Source: Octopus sinensis (Eukaryota). Taken from it: 64,000 nucleotides of DNA. Shown here one piece after another: positions 25,621 through 39,095 of this stretch. How positions within the stretch are numbered: position 1 is the first letter of the stretch; each line of letters starts with the position of its first letter. The DNA is taken from positions 103,602,001-103,666,000 of the forward strand of contig NC_043002.1 of assembly GCF_006345805.1 (NCBI RefSeq), given 5' to 3'. The position numbers and the translations under genes are program-made. The notes below the pieces were generated by a model. It worked only from the letters and a program-made list of their open reading frames with translations, had not been told where the DNA came from and made no database searches.

Positions 25621-26407
25621 TCTCCCGCTTAATTTTTATTTCTTCATTTTCTAATATAACCGTGCTGAACACATACTTATAAGTTTATAGACTGGCCTAT
25701 ATTCCTGGAAGTCAAGCCGTGTAACCTACTTGGTATGTGGTTGCCCTACAATTGGAAGGTCTTGATTTGGACTCTGTGGTTACTTTGGTATCTGATGTGT
25801 GGCACAAGTCAGATATCGACGTGAAGGCATAGCCTCAACGCTACAACTAGCCACTGACTGAGAAACCGGAAGCGGAAGATCAATACGCCTTGGGCATAAG
25901 CAAGTACACACACACATACACATACACACACACACACTCAAACATATTCATTAAACCAGACGTCAGTGAGAAAAAAAATTGTTTATTACAATAAATGAAA
26001 TGGAACAAATAACATATATAGACACGGCAGGAGGGGCAGATGAGGGCAGCTGCATCGAACTCTCTCATGCACCAAATAGCAGTTGCTAGAAAGCCTTCAT
26101 GAAGTGAAACCAAGTAGCAACACCAAATGGCGGTGCCCCAGCATGGCCACAGCTCATAAGCTGAAACTGAAAAAATCAAAAATCAAAATCAAAATCAGAC
26201 ATATCATTGATGTGCAAGAGTTACATACTTTGAAATTCAAACAGAAAGATGGGTGTTGTCACGAAGATATCCATAAAAGTTGTCCACGAATGTCACATTG
26301 CCGAAGCAATATGCAACATTTCGCTTCAGGATAGGAGGATGATAACGGGAATCTCATGCATATTAATATATATCAGATTCCACCACACACACTCTGACCT
26401 ACTCCAG

Positions 26408-26471
<64 letters not shown>

Positions 26472-27371
26472 TTCTTTCTTTTTCTCTCAGACAGATATAC
26501 AGATACACACATACACACACCTAAATACAACTCCCAAATTAAAAGTAGTAGAATTGACAAATTTAAATACAGCAAAATATTATTATTTAAAAAACAATTA
26601 TTGAAATAATTTTTTTCTTAAAGAAATCTCTAAGTTCTATTATCTTCTAGCAAACTGTCTTATTCAACTTTCTTGTAAATGGTAAGAAGAAAACATGAAT
26701 AATGCGATCCTACATACATTAATTTGAGAGAACGAGATAGACACGCTTGAAATAAGTTTTAATCCAGAGTTCTGTTCTATCAGGGCTGACCACGGGTCAA
26801 TAAAAACAACAACAACAACATTACATTGTACAGTTAGTATAGTAGAGCAGAGAACCAATCAGAATGCCAGAGAGATAAGCGAAATCACATGGATGTTATT
26901 CTCAATGACCATCAAAGAATTTACGATATATCAATTCCGCTACAATTGCTATATCTAAAGGCAGAAATTATTTCCATATAGAGATCTGGATGGAGATATA
27001 TGCAGAATATGGACATTGCAAACAGACGGAATTGTAATAACAACAGGTGCGCAGAGAATGATAACAAGTGTCAATGGAAAATACATAATCATAAAAACCA
27101 AGAGAAAGAGATAAGCAGAAACGACGGCACACACACACACGCACACACACACACACATACATACACACATGTATGCATGCATGCATGCAATATATGCCCA
27201 TGCATATATCTCTCTGTATATATTATTGTTATTCAATCATACACGCACAATCACAAAAACACACGCACACATATTTATATAAATATACACCCCTCACACA
27301 TAAATGTATATATATTTACAATAATTTATATAATAAACATATATATATATATATGTATGTATGTATATTTA

Positions 27372-27426
<55 letters not shown>

Positions 27427-27436
27427 GTAGACAAAC

Positions 27437-27468
<32 letters not shown>

Positions 27469-28693
27469 GGAGGGAGAGAAAGGGCAGAAAGAGGGAGAGA
27501 GAGAGGAGATGTAGATTCAAAGATTAGATCGATAAATAGATAGATAGATATTTAGACAAAGCGATACATACATACATATATATTATATGTGTGCGTGTGT
27601 ATTCATGTATACATATGTGTACATATCTGCGTATTACAGTGCATGTATATGCGTGTATATGCGTGTATGTGTGTGTCTGAATATTCATAATCTGTGTCTG
27701 AATATTCATAATCAACACACTTATAGTAACTTCCATGAATCCTATCCTTAAATATTCATCCCAATTCATGCCATGTTTTTCAATGCCGTATAAAAATATT
27801 AACTTACAATGAATTCAAAATATCTTGTGTCTTTCTACCCGCAATTACATTGTTACACATTTCGTTCATTTTCGAGTAGGTAAGAGGGAAATTTGAACGT
27901 GTCGTGAATTGATATTAGAATGGTATCACTTTCTAGTCTCTTGTGTCTTACCTGTCCTTTTCCTACTTCTGCAATATCACATTCCATAACAAATATATCT
28001 GAGACGTATTCGAACCCGTAAAATACTTTGCGCTGCAGCTTCTAATGGAGAAACTATTCTATTCCCACTGGAAATTAAAAAAAGGTCTTTTACATCTGTT
28101 TTTCCCCAAGAGAGAACATTTCTTTTTCTCCTCGATAAACCGCATTGAAACGTCATCAAATATCCCTCAAATATACTTGAGCTGTTTTTACGATGGTTCT
28201 CTTTCAATCTATTCTCCCTGCATCTACTCAACAATCACATTTCATATTATTTACAGACTACTCGTCATTAAACCACAATCTACTCGGTATCTACATTGCA
28301 CAAGCACTACTTGGTACTATAACTCATAGCGCACACCTCCATCAAATCCTCGCAGAACTTGTTGTCCTCAATTACTATCATTGTGACCATTCTAATACAA
28401 CACATAATCTATACAATTTCATATCACACACAACATACAAACAGGTTCCACAGCACCTCATTATACATTGTCTATATCAAACCCTAATAAATCTCTAAAC
28501 TTACTACGGAGAAACACATGCGATAAAATAAATTTTAAATAAGATTCAATGAGATATTGCAAAGAAAATACTTCTGCTTTCTTAAAAGACAGTTCTTCCC
28601 ACAAGTCAGCAGCAGAAATGGGTAACTTCGTGGTACTGTAGGAGATTATGTGGAACAATTTAATGTACAACAGCAACGATAATAGTAGCAATA

Positions 28694-28751
<58 letters not shown>

Positions 28752-28813
28752 TGATAATAATGATAATAATAATAATAATAAAATAATAATAATAATAAAA
28801 TAATAATAATAAT

Positions 28814-28907
28814 GCCATCAGAGCATCACAAAAAATCAGAGCACATACCAAGGCACACAGAGCTGCGCTCGGTAGTGAAGTGAAATCACGCTATAAAAAT
28901 AAAACTA

Positions 28908-28912
<5 letters not shown>
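28814..28912 (+). mobile_element. R4/Dong-like LINE 3' end, truncated copy 1
   Basis: ...cccaaggcacacagagctgcgctcggtagtgaagtgaaa.cacg.tataaaaataaaactactg(aat)n tail. Near-identical to 29135-29258 apart from a 28-bp deletion. Confidence 0.6.
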
Positions 28913-28968
<56 letters not shown>

Positions 28969-29062
28969 TATAATAATAATAATGATAATAATAATAATAA
29001 TATAATAATAATAATAATATAATAATAATAATAATAATAATAATATAATAATAATAATGATG

Positions 29063-29101
<39 letters not shown>

Positions 29102-29134
29102 TAATAATAATAATATAATAATAATAATAATAAT

Positions 29135-29258
29135 GCCATCAGAACACTTTCCATACAGTAACCATCAGGGCATCACAACAAATCACAGCACATACCCAAG
29201 GCACACAGAGATGCGCTCGGTAGTGAAGTGAAGACACGCTATAAAAATAAAACTACTG
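29135..29258 (+). mobile_element. R4/Dong-like LINE 3' end, truncated copy 2
   Basis: Reads AIRTLSIQ*, like the ...HILRxTLS* C-terminus of RLE-type LINE ORFs, followed by a short UTR and (TAA)n. Confidence 0.6.
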
Positions 29259-29264
29259 AATAAC

Positions 29265-29298
<34 letters not shown>

Positions 29299-29299
29299 C

Positions 29300-29331
<32 letters not shown>

Positions 29332-29351
29332 TTAATAATAATAATAAGTAG

Positions 29352-29384
<33 letters not shown>

Positions 29385-29602
29385 TAATAATAATAATAAT
29401 AATAATGATGATGATGATGATGATGACGATGATGATGATGATGATGATGGTGATGTTAACGATTCTGATGATGACGATTCAGATGATGGTGATGGTAATG
29501 ATGATGATGATGATGACGATGACGACGACAACGATGACGACGATGACAATGATGACGATGAGGATGATGACGATGATGATGATGATGATGATGATGGCGA
29601 CT

Positions 29603-29633
<31 letters not shown>

Positions 29634-31409
29634 CGTTGATGATGATGATGACGTCGATGATGATGATGGGAATGATCAAGATCGTGATCGTGATAATCAT
29701 GATAATCATGAGGATAATCATGATTGTGATGAGGATAAACACATCACATCATCAATGCTCATCGTTTATATTTATGGGCAGCTGCAATATTGCTATGAAA
29801 AGAGAATCACTCATACAACAACATCCTCCACTGCTGCAGTATTCCCTATTATGTGTTTGAACCTATTTCCAAGCAGATATAGATTACTAAAGATAGCAGT
29901 TAAGGCTTAACAGCATTCAAATCCTATAGACGTGTAAAGTGTTAAATGTTCTAACCACAAGTTTCCTATTTATGTGGAACGACCGAATAGAATAGCAGGT
30001 AGTTTTAGAAAACACTGTAAATTTGCCTTATTAACTACAGCTTTCCTTAACGGCTGTTATATCCCTAAGCCAAACACTGAATATTCTTTATTCAAACCAT
30101 ACGATTTTATTATTCTTCTAAATTGTATCAGGTATTTACACAAATCTCTGCTTCAACCCATTGAAAATTGTATATCTCCTTTTGCACTGCTTTTCAACTC
30201 ATCAAAGCTGCCTCCTTGCTTATAGCTTGAATTAAAGCTAGACTTCAAGGAAATTCTTCTCGTCAAATCACGCAAGCATTTCAACGTCATGCTTGTTAGA
30301 GATATTAGACTTTGACTACAAATAAATGATTAGGTCTTTTATGTTTAAACTGCTCCGATTTAACCATGTATATTGAATTAACGCTCTACCAATCAGTTTG
30401 GCTATGCCACTGTAGTATGTTAGAGTTCTGCTGTTTGTGTACATGCACACCCACCAACCCAGCTATCCTTGAAACGAATTGCAATAGGAATATCGGCAGT
30501 TATTTCAAAGATTGCAGGGTTAGTTTAAACGTAGAGATGAATGATAAATTGGCTTGATTTCGTATTTCGGAAAACATTCCGTTTTATTATAGGCATCTGG
30601 CTGTGATCAGTGGAAATACGTAATATAGGAGATGAATTTCGTGAAAATAGTAATGTGATATTAACTCCGGGTAATCATTTAATATGTATCGAATATTATT
30701 ATAACTAGCGTTCGTTTTGTTATTTTATATCGTTCGTTTTATTTCATGAATATCTTGAGAGGAGGAGACTAACGCTGTGTACAACTGAAGTCAGCTGTTC
30801 AGCGGTTGGGCGGCTATAACTAACGTGATTAAAGTTTGCTTTGATGTGGCAGAGATTACTGGTTAGTGCAAACAGATGGGTGTAAATTATGGTTAGATAT
30901 TCTAAACACGAAGATGATGTTCTAATAAAGACCTGTAAGGATTGAAAGGATGGGAGGGACTCCATGAATTTAGTGTCCTTCATATTAATTTTCATACGTT
31001 AAAGATTTATAGTGAGTTAAGTTGAAAGTCTGAGGAGGTGAGTCCCACAATATTTCTGTCATGTGTGTTAGAATGCGATGCAAACGACATATATACACGC
31101 ACAGTTCAAAGTATGATCGATATAATGTTTGAAATGTGAATTAAAGAGATAAAGGCAGAGCTTAGATGTAGCTGGCGATAGAAGAACAGAGACGAAAGGA
31201 TTGAATAATAAATGTGGCAAAAGGGACATAACTATTTTGACGGAGGTTTTATGTCTTCAATATCACAAATGCAATGTTTAGGGTTTCGGAAGATAAAGTG
31301 GCTTTTATGAAAACTGTGCATTGTAAGGGCCGTTCATGAAAACAAATGACAAGAAGCAATAGAGCGTTTGAATACGAGTTGGCAAAACAGATATTAACGA
31401 AGTGTTTAG

Positions 31410-31436
31410 AGAGTAGTGGTAGTAGTAGTAGTAGTA

Positions 31437-31471
<35 letters not shown>

Positions 31472-31630
31472 ATAGAAGTAGTAGTAGTATCAGCAGCAGC
31501 AGCAGTAGTAGAAGAAGAAGAAGAAGAAGAAGAAGAAGAAGAAAGAAGAAGAAGAAGAAGAAGAAGAAGAAGAAGAAGAAGAAGAAGAAGAAGAAGAAGA
31601 AGAAGAAGAAGAAGAAGAAAAGAAGAAGAA
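31410..31630. repeat. (TAG)n / (GAA)n microsatellite
   Basis: Direct reading. Confidence 0.95.
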
Positions 31631-32774
31631 TTGATGTCCAATCTATGTTCCGACATGAAGAGATGGATTCAAGCTTAATAAATTTCCCCGCACCCACATT
31701 ACTCAGTATGTCCACCAAATCCAAAACGGACGAATGTAGTTTGTTGGAAAACTGGCAACCGCTCATGGGGAAGCCTTTCTATTCGTCTCTGCTTTAACGT
31801 GATTAGTGATATAATGTCAATATTTACATAAAAGATACTAGATTCGTTTCAAAAATGTTCTTTATATCTACAAGAAATATACTAGTTCCTGTTGAGAATA
31901 TTCCTAATTGTATAAATCCTTCTTATTTTTCAGTGATTCTAATCAATGAAGATAAATGTGAACATATGGCAAATAGCATAATCAAGTTGTGTCTATATTT
32001 TTGGCATCTCGACTGACTTCAACAACAGCAACATGTCTATTGGAATTAGACTATACTGGAATTAAAAGAATTGTCACAAGGAAATCCTGATAAAACTGCA
32101 TCGAGTATTTTGAAGAACGATATCCAATTAACAAGAGAGCCTTCAATATGGTTTTCTATCTTTTAGAAGAAGCGACGAAGTCTTTAGTAATCAGATTACT
32201 TTGTCTGATGAAATATATATCTATTTACATTGGAATTAATTAGGCGTTGTGATTTCAAATCTTTGTGATTTCAAAGGTGAGATTTTTTATCTTAAGAATG
32301 ACGGTGTTGGCTAGGAACTGAGCCGGATTTGAGCATTCTAGATAATAAGCAGACAGCATATTTGATGGCCAGGCACGGCTGGTTCACATGGTAACTGATT
32401 GCATTACATTCGAACTTCTTACTAAAGACACGTTGGTTTTGGTTCCTGGCTCCAAAGGAAGGAGTTGGGATAGGCATAAGTTCAAAGCGTTTATCATAAA
32501 TTCGTTGAATGAGAGATGGGAATAAGAACTGAAACAGCTAATCTGCGGAGTGATGTTATTAATTGAGATGTTTGATCTGCGAATTACATTCCTTAGTTCA
32601 TGCAAGTATTTGGGAACCATACAATCGTCATGTGTACGTTTCAGGAAAGTTAACCATGTCGAAAATAAGTGTTAGGCAACACGCTATATATCGAAGGTGG
32701 CACATATTCAATACATATAAAGCGCCTTGCGAAAAGTAGTCAATAGCACGCTGAATAAAATGCCTAGTGGCATA

Positions 32775-32905
32775 TAGTGATATTAGACGGATGTTACGTT
32801 CTTAGTTCAAATTACGCCCTGGTAGACTTTGCCCTTCATCCTCTCGGGGAGCGAACAAAAAAGTACCTATCAAGCCCCTGAGTTCAATGTAATCGATCAG
32901 CCTCA
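32775..32905 (+). mobile_element. SINE family 1 fragment
   Basis: ttacgttcttagttcaaattacgccctggtagactttgcccttcatcctctcgggg...aagtacc...gatgtaatcgat-like core. Confidence 0.7.
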
Positions 32906-33349
32906 TGTAACAACATTTTAGGGTACTTGCCTTTAGTAGAAAGGATGAATTCAATGCATGTTTATTTTTTTTTTGTTGGGGAGGCCATACGTTGGTGTGT
33001 GTCTGTTTATTAATGATTTCGTGTATAAACGTGAATAATATGAAATATTTCACGGACAACTTGACACAGTAACAGGAAAATTGGTCACACAGGTAAATCG
33101 TATGATTTGTTTCCGTATATATTATCTGATTACACAATATGAAAATCTATTTGATTGACATCATAGAGGCATAAACGTCAATGTAACACCGAATATATGA
33201 TTATTCGTGTGAAGGGTGTGTGTGTGTGTATGTTAGAGAGGCTGTGACCATGCTCAGGTGCCGTCATTAGCAAAAAAACCTGTTTTTACTTAAACATGGT
33301 TCCACGTCCTATCAACTTATATCGGTCTCCTTTGTTAACCTGAAACTTA

Positions 33350-33493
33350 AGGGGATGTAAACACACCAATGCCGGTTGTCAGGCGACGGTGGAGGACAAG
33401 CACAGGCACAAGGACGTACATATATGCATGCCTGTATGTATGTATATGCACATACATACAGGCATGTATATATATATATATATAGAGAGAGAG

Positions 33494-33582
<89 letters not shown>

Positions 33583-33735
33583 TATACATATACGACGAGC
33601 TTCTTTTAGTTTCCACCTACAAAATACACTGGGAGTATTTTGGTCGACCCGATGACGTAGGGGAAGACACAAGTCTAAGGAGTCACCCAATGGGACTGAA
33701 CCCGTAACCGGCTTCTTAACACATTGCCACATATA
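33350..33735 (-). mobile_element. SINE family 2 with internal (GATA)n expansion
   Basis: Head-like segment at 33600-33735 and tail-like segment at 33350-33420, both homologous to 2825-3310. Confidence 0.65.
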
Positions 33736-34039
33736 TACGAATGTATGTATGTGTGTGTATGTATACATACATGCGTACAGATACAGATAGATTCGATTCA
33801 CATTTATCAATATTTATAATTGTTTAATTTCTAGCATAGTATTCTAACGTTAGCACTTTCACGTGATTGTGGCACCTGTGAAAATAAACAATGAATTATC
33901 TCTTTCTCTCTCTCTTTCTCTCTATCTATGTATCTATCTATCTATCAATCTATCTATCTATCTATCTATCTCATCACAATCATCTCTCTTTAAATTTTGA
34001 CGACATATTACATAAGGTATTCCCTGACATACCTATTTT

Positions 34040-34200
34040 CTGCTCTAGGCACAATGCCGGAAATTTTGGAGGAAGGGGCCAGTCGATTATATCACCCCCT
34101 TGTACGCAAGTGGTACTTTATTTATCGACGACCGAAAGGATGAAAGGCAAAGTCGACCTCGGTTGGATTTGAACTCAGAACGTAAAAACAATCGAAATAC
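34040..34200 (-). mobile_element. SINE family 1 relative, head missing
   Basis: agtcgattatatcacc...tggtactttatttatcgac.accgaaaggatgaaaggcaaagtcgacctcgg.tggatttgaactcagaacg. Confidence 0.8.
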
Positions 34201-34430
34201 CTATTTCTTTACTCCCCACAAGGGGTCAAAGACAGACAGATCAAACAAGGACTGACAAACGGATTAAGTCGATTACATCGACTCCAGTGCGTAACTGGTA
34301 CTTATTTAATCGAGCCCGAAAGGATGAAAAGCAAAGTCGACCTCGGCGGAATTGAACTCAGAACGCGGCGGCGGACAAAATACCGCTAAGCATTTGGCCC
34401 GGTGTGCTAACCATTCGGCCAGCTCCCTGC
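34201..34430 (-). mobile_element. tRNA-derived SINE family 1, full length
   Basis: Reverse complement aligns end to end with 2566-2797. Confidence 0.9.
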
Positions 34431-35069
34431 TTATCTCTGATATCACTCTGTATTGCTTATGGTTACAGGAAAATATTTCTCCAAATGCAGACTTCAAGGA
34501 AGGCCGAACGACTTGATGGCATTTTTCCTGCCTATTACGCTGAACTATTTTATGTATAATAATGTGTTGTCTCCATAGGAAACCAGCAATCGATTTGGGA
34601 TCCACTTTCAGTTTTTTGCTCGGTTCCTCTCCTTCAACTTCCATATTCATTTGCATATCGTCCCATTATTTTCCGTTTCTTAGTTTTATGGTATTAAGTG
34701 GTTAATGGTTAATTGACAGAAATATCAGATTTTTCTGTGGCAAACATTGCCCAATTACAATCATGGCGATTTTTTAGTTCATTCTATTTCAGCATTGACT
34801 GTCATCATTCCGAGATCATTATGAAATATGAGCCAATTACTGCAGATGAACTCTCTCTCACTTTCTCTCTATCCCTCTCTCTCTGTCTGTTTCTACCTCG
34901 CTCTTTCACTGCTTCTCCATCTCTTTCTCTCTCCCTCTCCCTCTCACTCTCTCCTTCCTAATTGTAAACTTCTCGCGTGCCCTCACACTGATGCAGTCAT
35001 GTCTCCAATCCCTAGAACTCTTTCGATCACTTACTTCGTTTCCATAATGTTTAAATGATCGAGATCACC

Positions 35070-35230
35070 CCATTCCCTCTGGTCGGATGTCAGTCCGTTG
35101 TAGGGTGGGGCATTTACAGCTGAGCGGATTGGTACCGTCTGAAATAAGGTGTGTTACTCAAGGGCAGGGCACACTATCCAGTCCGGAAATTGAAATCACG
35201 ATCTTCTGGTCGTCAATGCAATACTTTAAC
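35070..35230 (-). mobile_element. SINE family 3 fragment, degenerate
   Basis: cagtccgttg...acagctgag.ggattgg...aaataaggtgtgttactcaaggg resembles 53570-53700. Confidence 0.5.
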
Positions 35231-36317
35231 CACAATGTTACGTGATTTCAACGGTCATTCTAATAATTTTGTGAAGGATACTTGGGTTTATGAAATAATT
35301 AGCTGCTTACTTCTTAATTACTTTTAATAAAAATTCAGTTTTTGAAAAGACAGACTACTTGTCGCGACAGAGAATTCAAAAATATATTACAGTAAATATT
35401 TATAAGTTGGTTTGCAAGAATGACTGCACAGAAAGGCAGTTAGCCTTCACTATGGTTAGCCCGTCAGACAAAATGATTAAAGGCTTTTCTTCCCGGTCTT
35501 TTCGTACAACTCAAAAACTGGGATAGATGTAATCAACATGACCATCCCTTTCAAAACTACCTTATAACTGAGCGGCGTTCTTATGAAGTCGGAGGGGATT
35601 GTTGTGATTTCGGTCATATAGACTCAATGGAAACCAGGCAAAGTAAACAAATGTATTGCTGACTTCTGATGTATACGGTCGGAATCATGTTTAGCGATAT
35701 TTCTTCTCGATTCTTACATTGAACCCTCGCTGCGGCCAAAAATGCCCTTCATCCACTTTGGACTGATAAACTAATACCCTAGTAAAGTATTAGGGGCGAA
35801 TGAATCAACTTGACCCTTCCACAGAGCTTACTAGACTTGAACTCTGCAAGGGACGACGTACCTTCCAAGGGAGGAGGGATTTTTGTCTGAAAGAGGGATA
35901 TAGGGTACCTGGTCTTATGAATGATATAGATCGAACAAAACCAAAAACAACGTTCACATACGCGTGAATCTGCTCCTAACTTAAGACCATCCTACGAAAT
36001 TTGTGTTGCACGCTCTAGAAGGTCACCATAAAAGCTATTCGCTTTCGTTAATCAGAAATATAAGTTCAGGTTTTTAGCCATTAAATTTCAATACATATTT
36101 TTATTGGAAACACCGGGTTTATTTTCAATTTTCGATAGAAATTTGTGTTCACAATCTGTTGTATATTACATCATTCAATCTACTTTGAGGTTTAGGTTCA
36201 TAAAAATTTAACGATAAAGTAATTAAAGCGGAATTCTGACAAGGGAGATTCAGTAAATATTGCAGAAAATGCCTGCAGATAATATCACAATCAAATATTT
36301 GAAAATATACTCTTGCA

Positions 36318-36530
36318 CATACACACACATTTACACATACACATACACATACACACTTACACATACACACACATTTACACACACATATTTACACACACAC
36401 ACACATACATACACACACACACTCACTCACGCACACACTCACACATACACACACACACACACACACTTATGTATGCATGTATATATGTATGTATGCATGT
36501 ATGTATGTATGCATGTATGTACGTACGAGT
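36318..36530. repeat. (CA)n / (TATG)n microsatellite
   Basis: Direct reading. Confidence 0.9.
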
Positions 36531-37515
36531 GTTTGTGCGCGTCGAAAATGACATAGTTTTCTAGTATGGTGTGTTAGGTTTTAAAGATGTTAGAATTGCA
36601 GGATAATAATGCCGTTTAATATGAAGCACTTCCTTCACAGTAAAACTACATAAGAGTATCGAAATAAATATTTTTGTTCGCAAATTGATACATACACAGA
36701 GAAAGACTTAAACACAAAGATACACACACGTACACACACATACACATATAAATATTCACGTATAGGTATAAAATACAGACTTACATATCTATATACTTAT
36801 TTATACATACTTACAGTTATACATACTTACATACATAGATATACTGACAAGGAATAGACGAGTGTATTTCCATGTTGGCGTTCACATCAGTATTCCGATA
36901 CTTAGATAAGAGTACTTACGTGCGTACGTATTTACGGCACACACATACACATACACAAACACACATAAAATATACATATTTGTAAATACGACTGAGCAGC
37001 GGCAATGGAAATCTGCAGAAAGCAATCAATCGAAAAACAGCATCGTTACTTGACTTCAAAGCTGAGATTCAAATGATACGACGTCATTGGTATATCTTCT
37101 AGGAATATAGAAAATCTAAACTCAATGGAACTTGAATAATTAGGAACCGCATCTATAAACGAAAGCTTAATCATATGTCTATGTCCCATTTGGTGTGTAC
37201 TTATTTTCACGGCATTCTCATCTGGCTCTAGATGTGTTTTAACATTTCATGTATCCATTTTTTTTTTTTAGTTTTGTTTTAATTTATATATTTATATGCA
37301 GGCAACTTGTTTCACATTAAATAATATATATCTTCAAAATTATAAACATCTGAGCTTATGCAACAACCTTGAGGATATTTAAGAATATATAATCGTGTAT
37401 CACTCCGTTTATTTTTGCTTACACTATTTACTGGATGTTAAAAAAAATGGAATACGAACATTTGTATCTACATAAATTGATAGACAGATAGATAGATAGA
37501 GACACACACACACAG

Positions 37516-37550
<35 letters not shown>

Positions 37551-37554
37551 AATG

Positions 37555-37596
<42 letters not shown>

Positions 37597-37890
37597 CGCA
37601 CACACTTACACACATATATATATATATGTTGTATATTCTTCATTCTACTTGCTGTTTTTCTATCTATCTCTCTATGAGCCTGTATCACACGGCCTAGATT
37701 TATAGAGGCTACAGAGCTTGTTTACATCCATACTAAAATGAAACTATCAGATATAACTGGAAGAAATTTGCACCTTGTTTTATACCACTTCATATAACAC
37801 GTATGTCGTTTGGTTGAACAGAAGTTGAACTAAGACATCGCTGAATATTACGCAAAATTCGGGGCCTCTATATCGACGTGTATTTCGAAG

Positions 37891-37929
<39 letters not shown>

Positions 37930-38041
37930 TATATATATATGCATACAATCACAAGTGCATACGTACATACATACTATACATATAGATATAAACATATACA
38001 TATATATACATACATATACATATATATATATACATATACAT

Positions 38042-38080
<39 letters not shown>

Positions 38081-38107
38081 ATATAATATATAATATATAA
38101 TATATAT

Positions 38108-38310
38108 AGTTAATTCAAACAAGAAAACACAACAAAACACAACAACGCGAGGACGTGGAACAAATATTGTATCATTGGACGCTCAGGAAATAAGGGAAGA
38201 AAGAGGGTTTAACGTTTCGAGCGGAGCTCTTCGTCGGAAACATAGGAGAAGGAAAGACCCCGAGAAGGGAAGACAGAGGGGAAAAAAACGGTACACCCGA
38301 GGTAACATGA
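38108..38310 (-). mobile_element. PLE-type terminus family B ending at (TA)n
   Basis: Reverse complement is homologous to 22690-22850. Confidence 0.65.
38207..38241 (-). ncRNA. Minimal hammerhead-like motif with variant core CCGACGA
   Basis: Minus strand reads GTTT-CCGACGA-A-GAGC-tcc-GCTC-GAA-ACGT-T-AAAC. Stem I is GTTT/AAAC, versus ATTT/AAAT in the 22724 copy. Confidence 0.55.
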
Positions 38311-38698
38311 TATATAGGTATATTATTCCCCACACACAGTGTGATACGAGCAACTTAAAGTTTCTTCTATGGTGACGCAGGCCTTTGCAGATCTTTATAA
38401 CACGCATTTTCTTTTTGTTGTTGGTGGGGACATTCTCAGTTGGTTGTAGATGGCTTTTAGTATTTTATACAAATCTTTTTGATGAAACCTGCCTTGGACT
38501 GCATCTCCAATGCAAAAAGTATTTAGTAGCTCGTATTTGTATACTCAGTAAATTGAATGATTTTTATCTCTACATGGTGTACTGTTTTATTCATTTTATC
38601 TTAACAGATGATAAAAATACCAGTTGGCACTGTGAACGACATTATTCAAAGCTCTCCTCCCTCACACATTTCACTCCTTCTGGCTATAGTATCACCGA

Positions 38699-38699
<1 letters not shown>

Positions 38700-38774
<75 letters not shown>

Positions 38775-39095
38775 TATATTATTATTATTATTATTATTAT
38801 TATATTACTATTGTTATTATTATTATTATTATTATTGTTATTATTTTATTATTATTATTATTATTATTATTATCATTATTATTACTATTATTAACATTAT
38901 TATTATTATTATTATTATTGTTGTTGTTGTTGTTTTTGTTGTTATTATTAATATTATTATTATTAGTAGTAGTAGTCGTAGTAGTAGTAGTATTAGTATT
39001 TTAGCATCATTGTTATTATTATCATTATCATTATTATTGTTATTATTACTATTGTTGTTTTTATTGTTGTTGTTCATTATTATTATTGTTGTTAT
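38700..39095. repeat. (TAT)n-dominated compound microsatellite
   Basis: Direct reading. Confidence 0.95.

Larger units (their letters stand above)
28680..29720. repeat. (TAA)n then (GAT/GAC)n compound microsatellite
   Basis: Direct reading. Two LINE tails are embedded in it. Confidence 0.95.

Noticed and set aside
34570-34660. MQMNMEVEGEEPSKKLKVDPK (start of the 116-aa minus ORF)
   Set aside because: It looks NLS-like, but an in-frame stop lies just upstream and the ORF runs into SINE sequence. There is no supporting exon structure.
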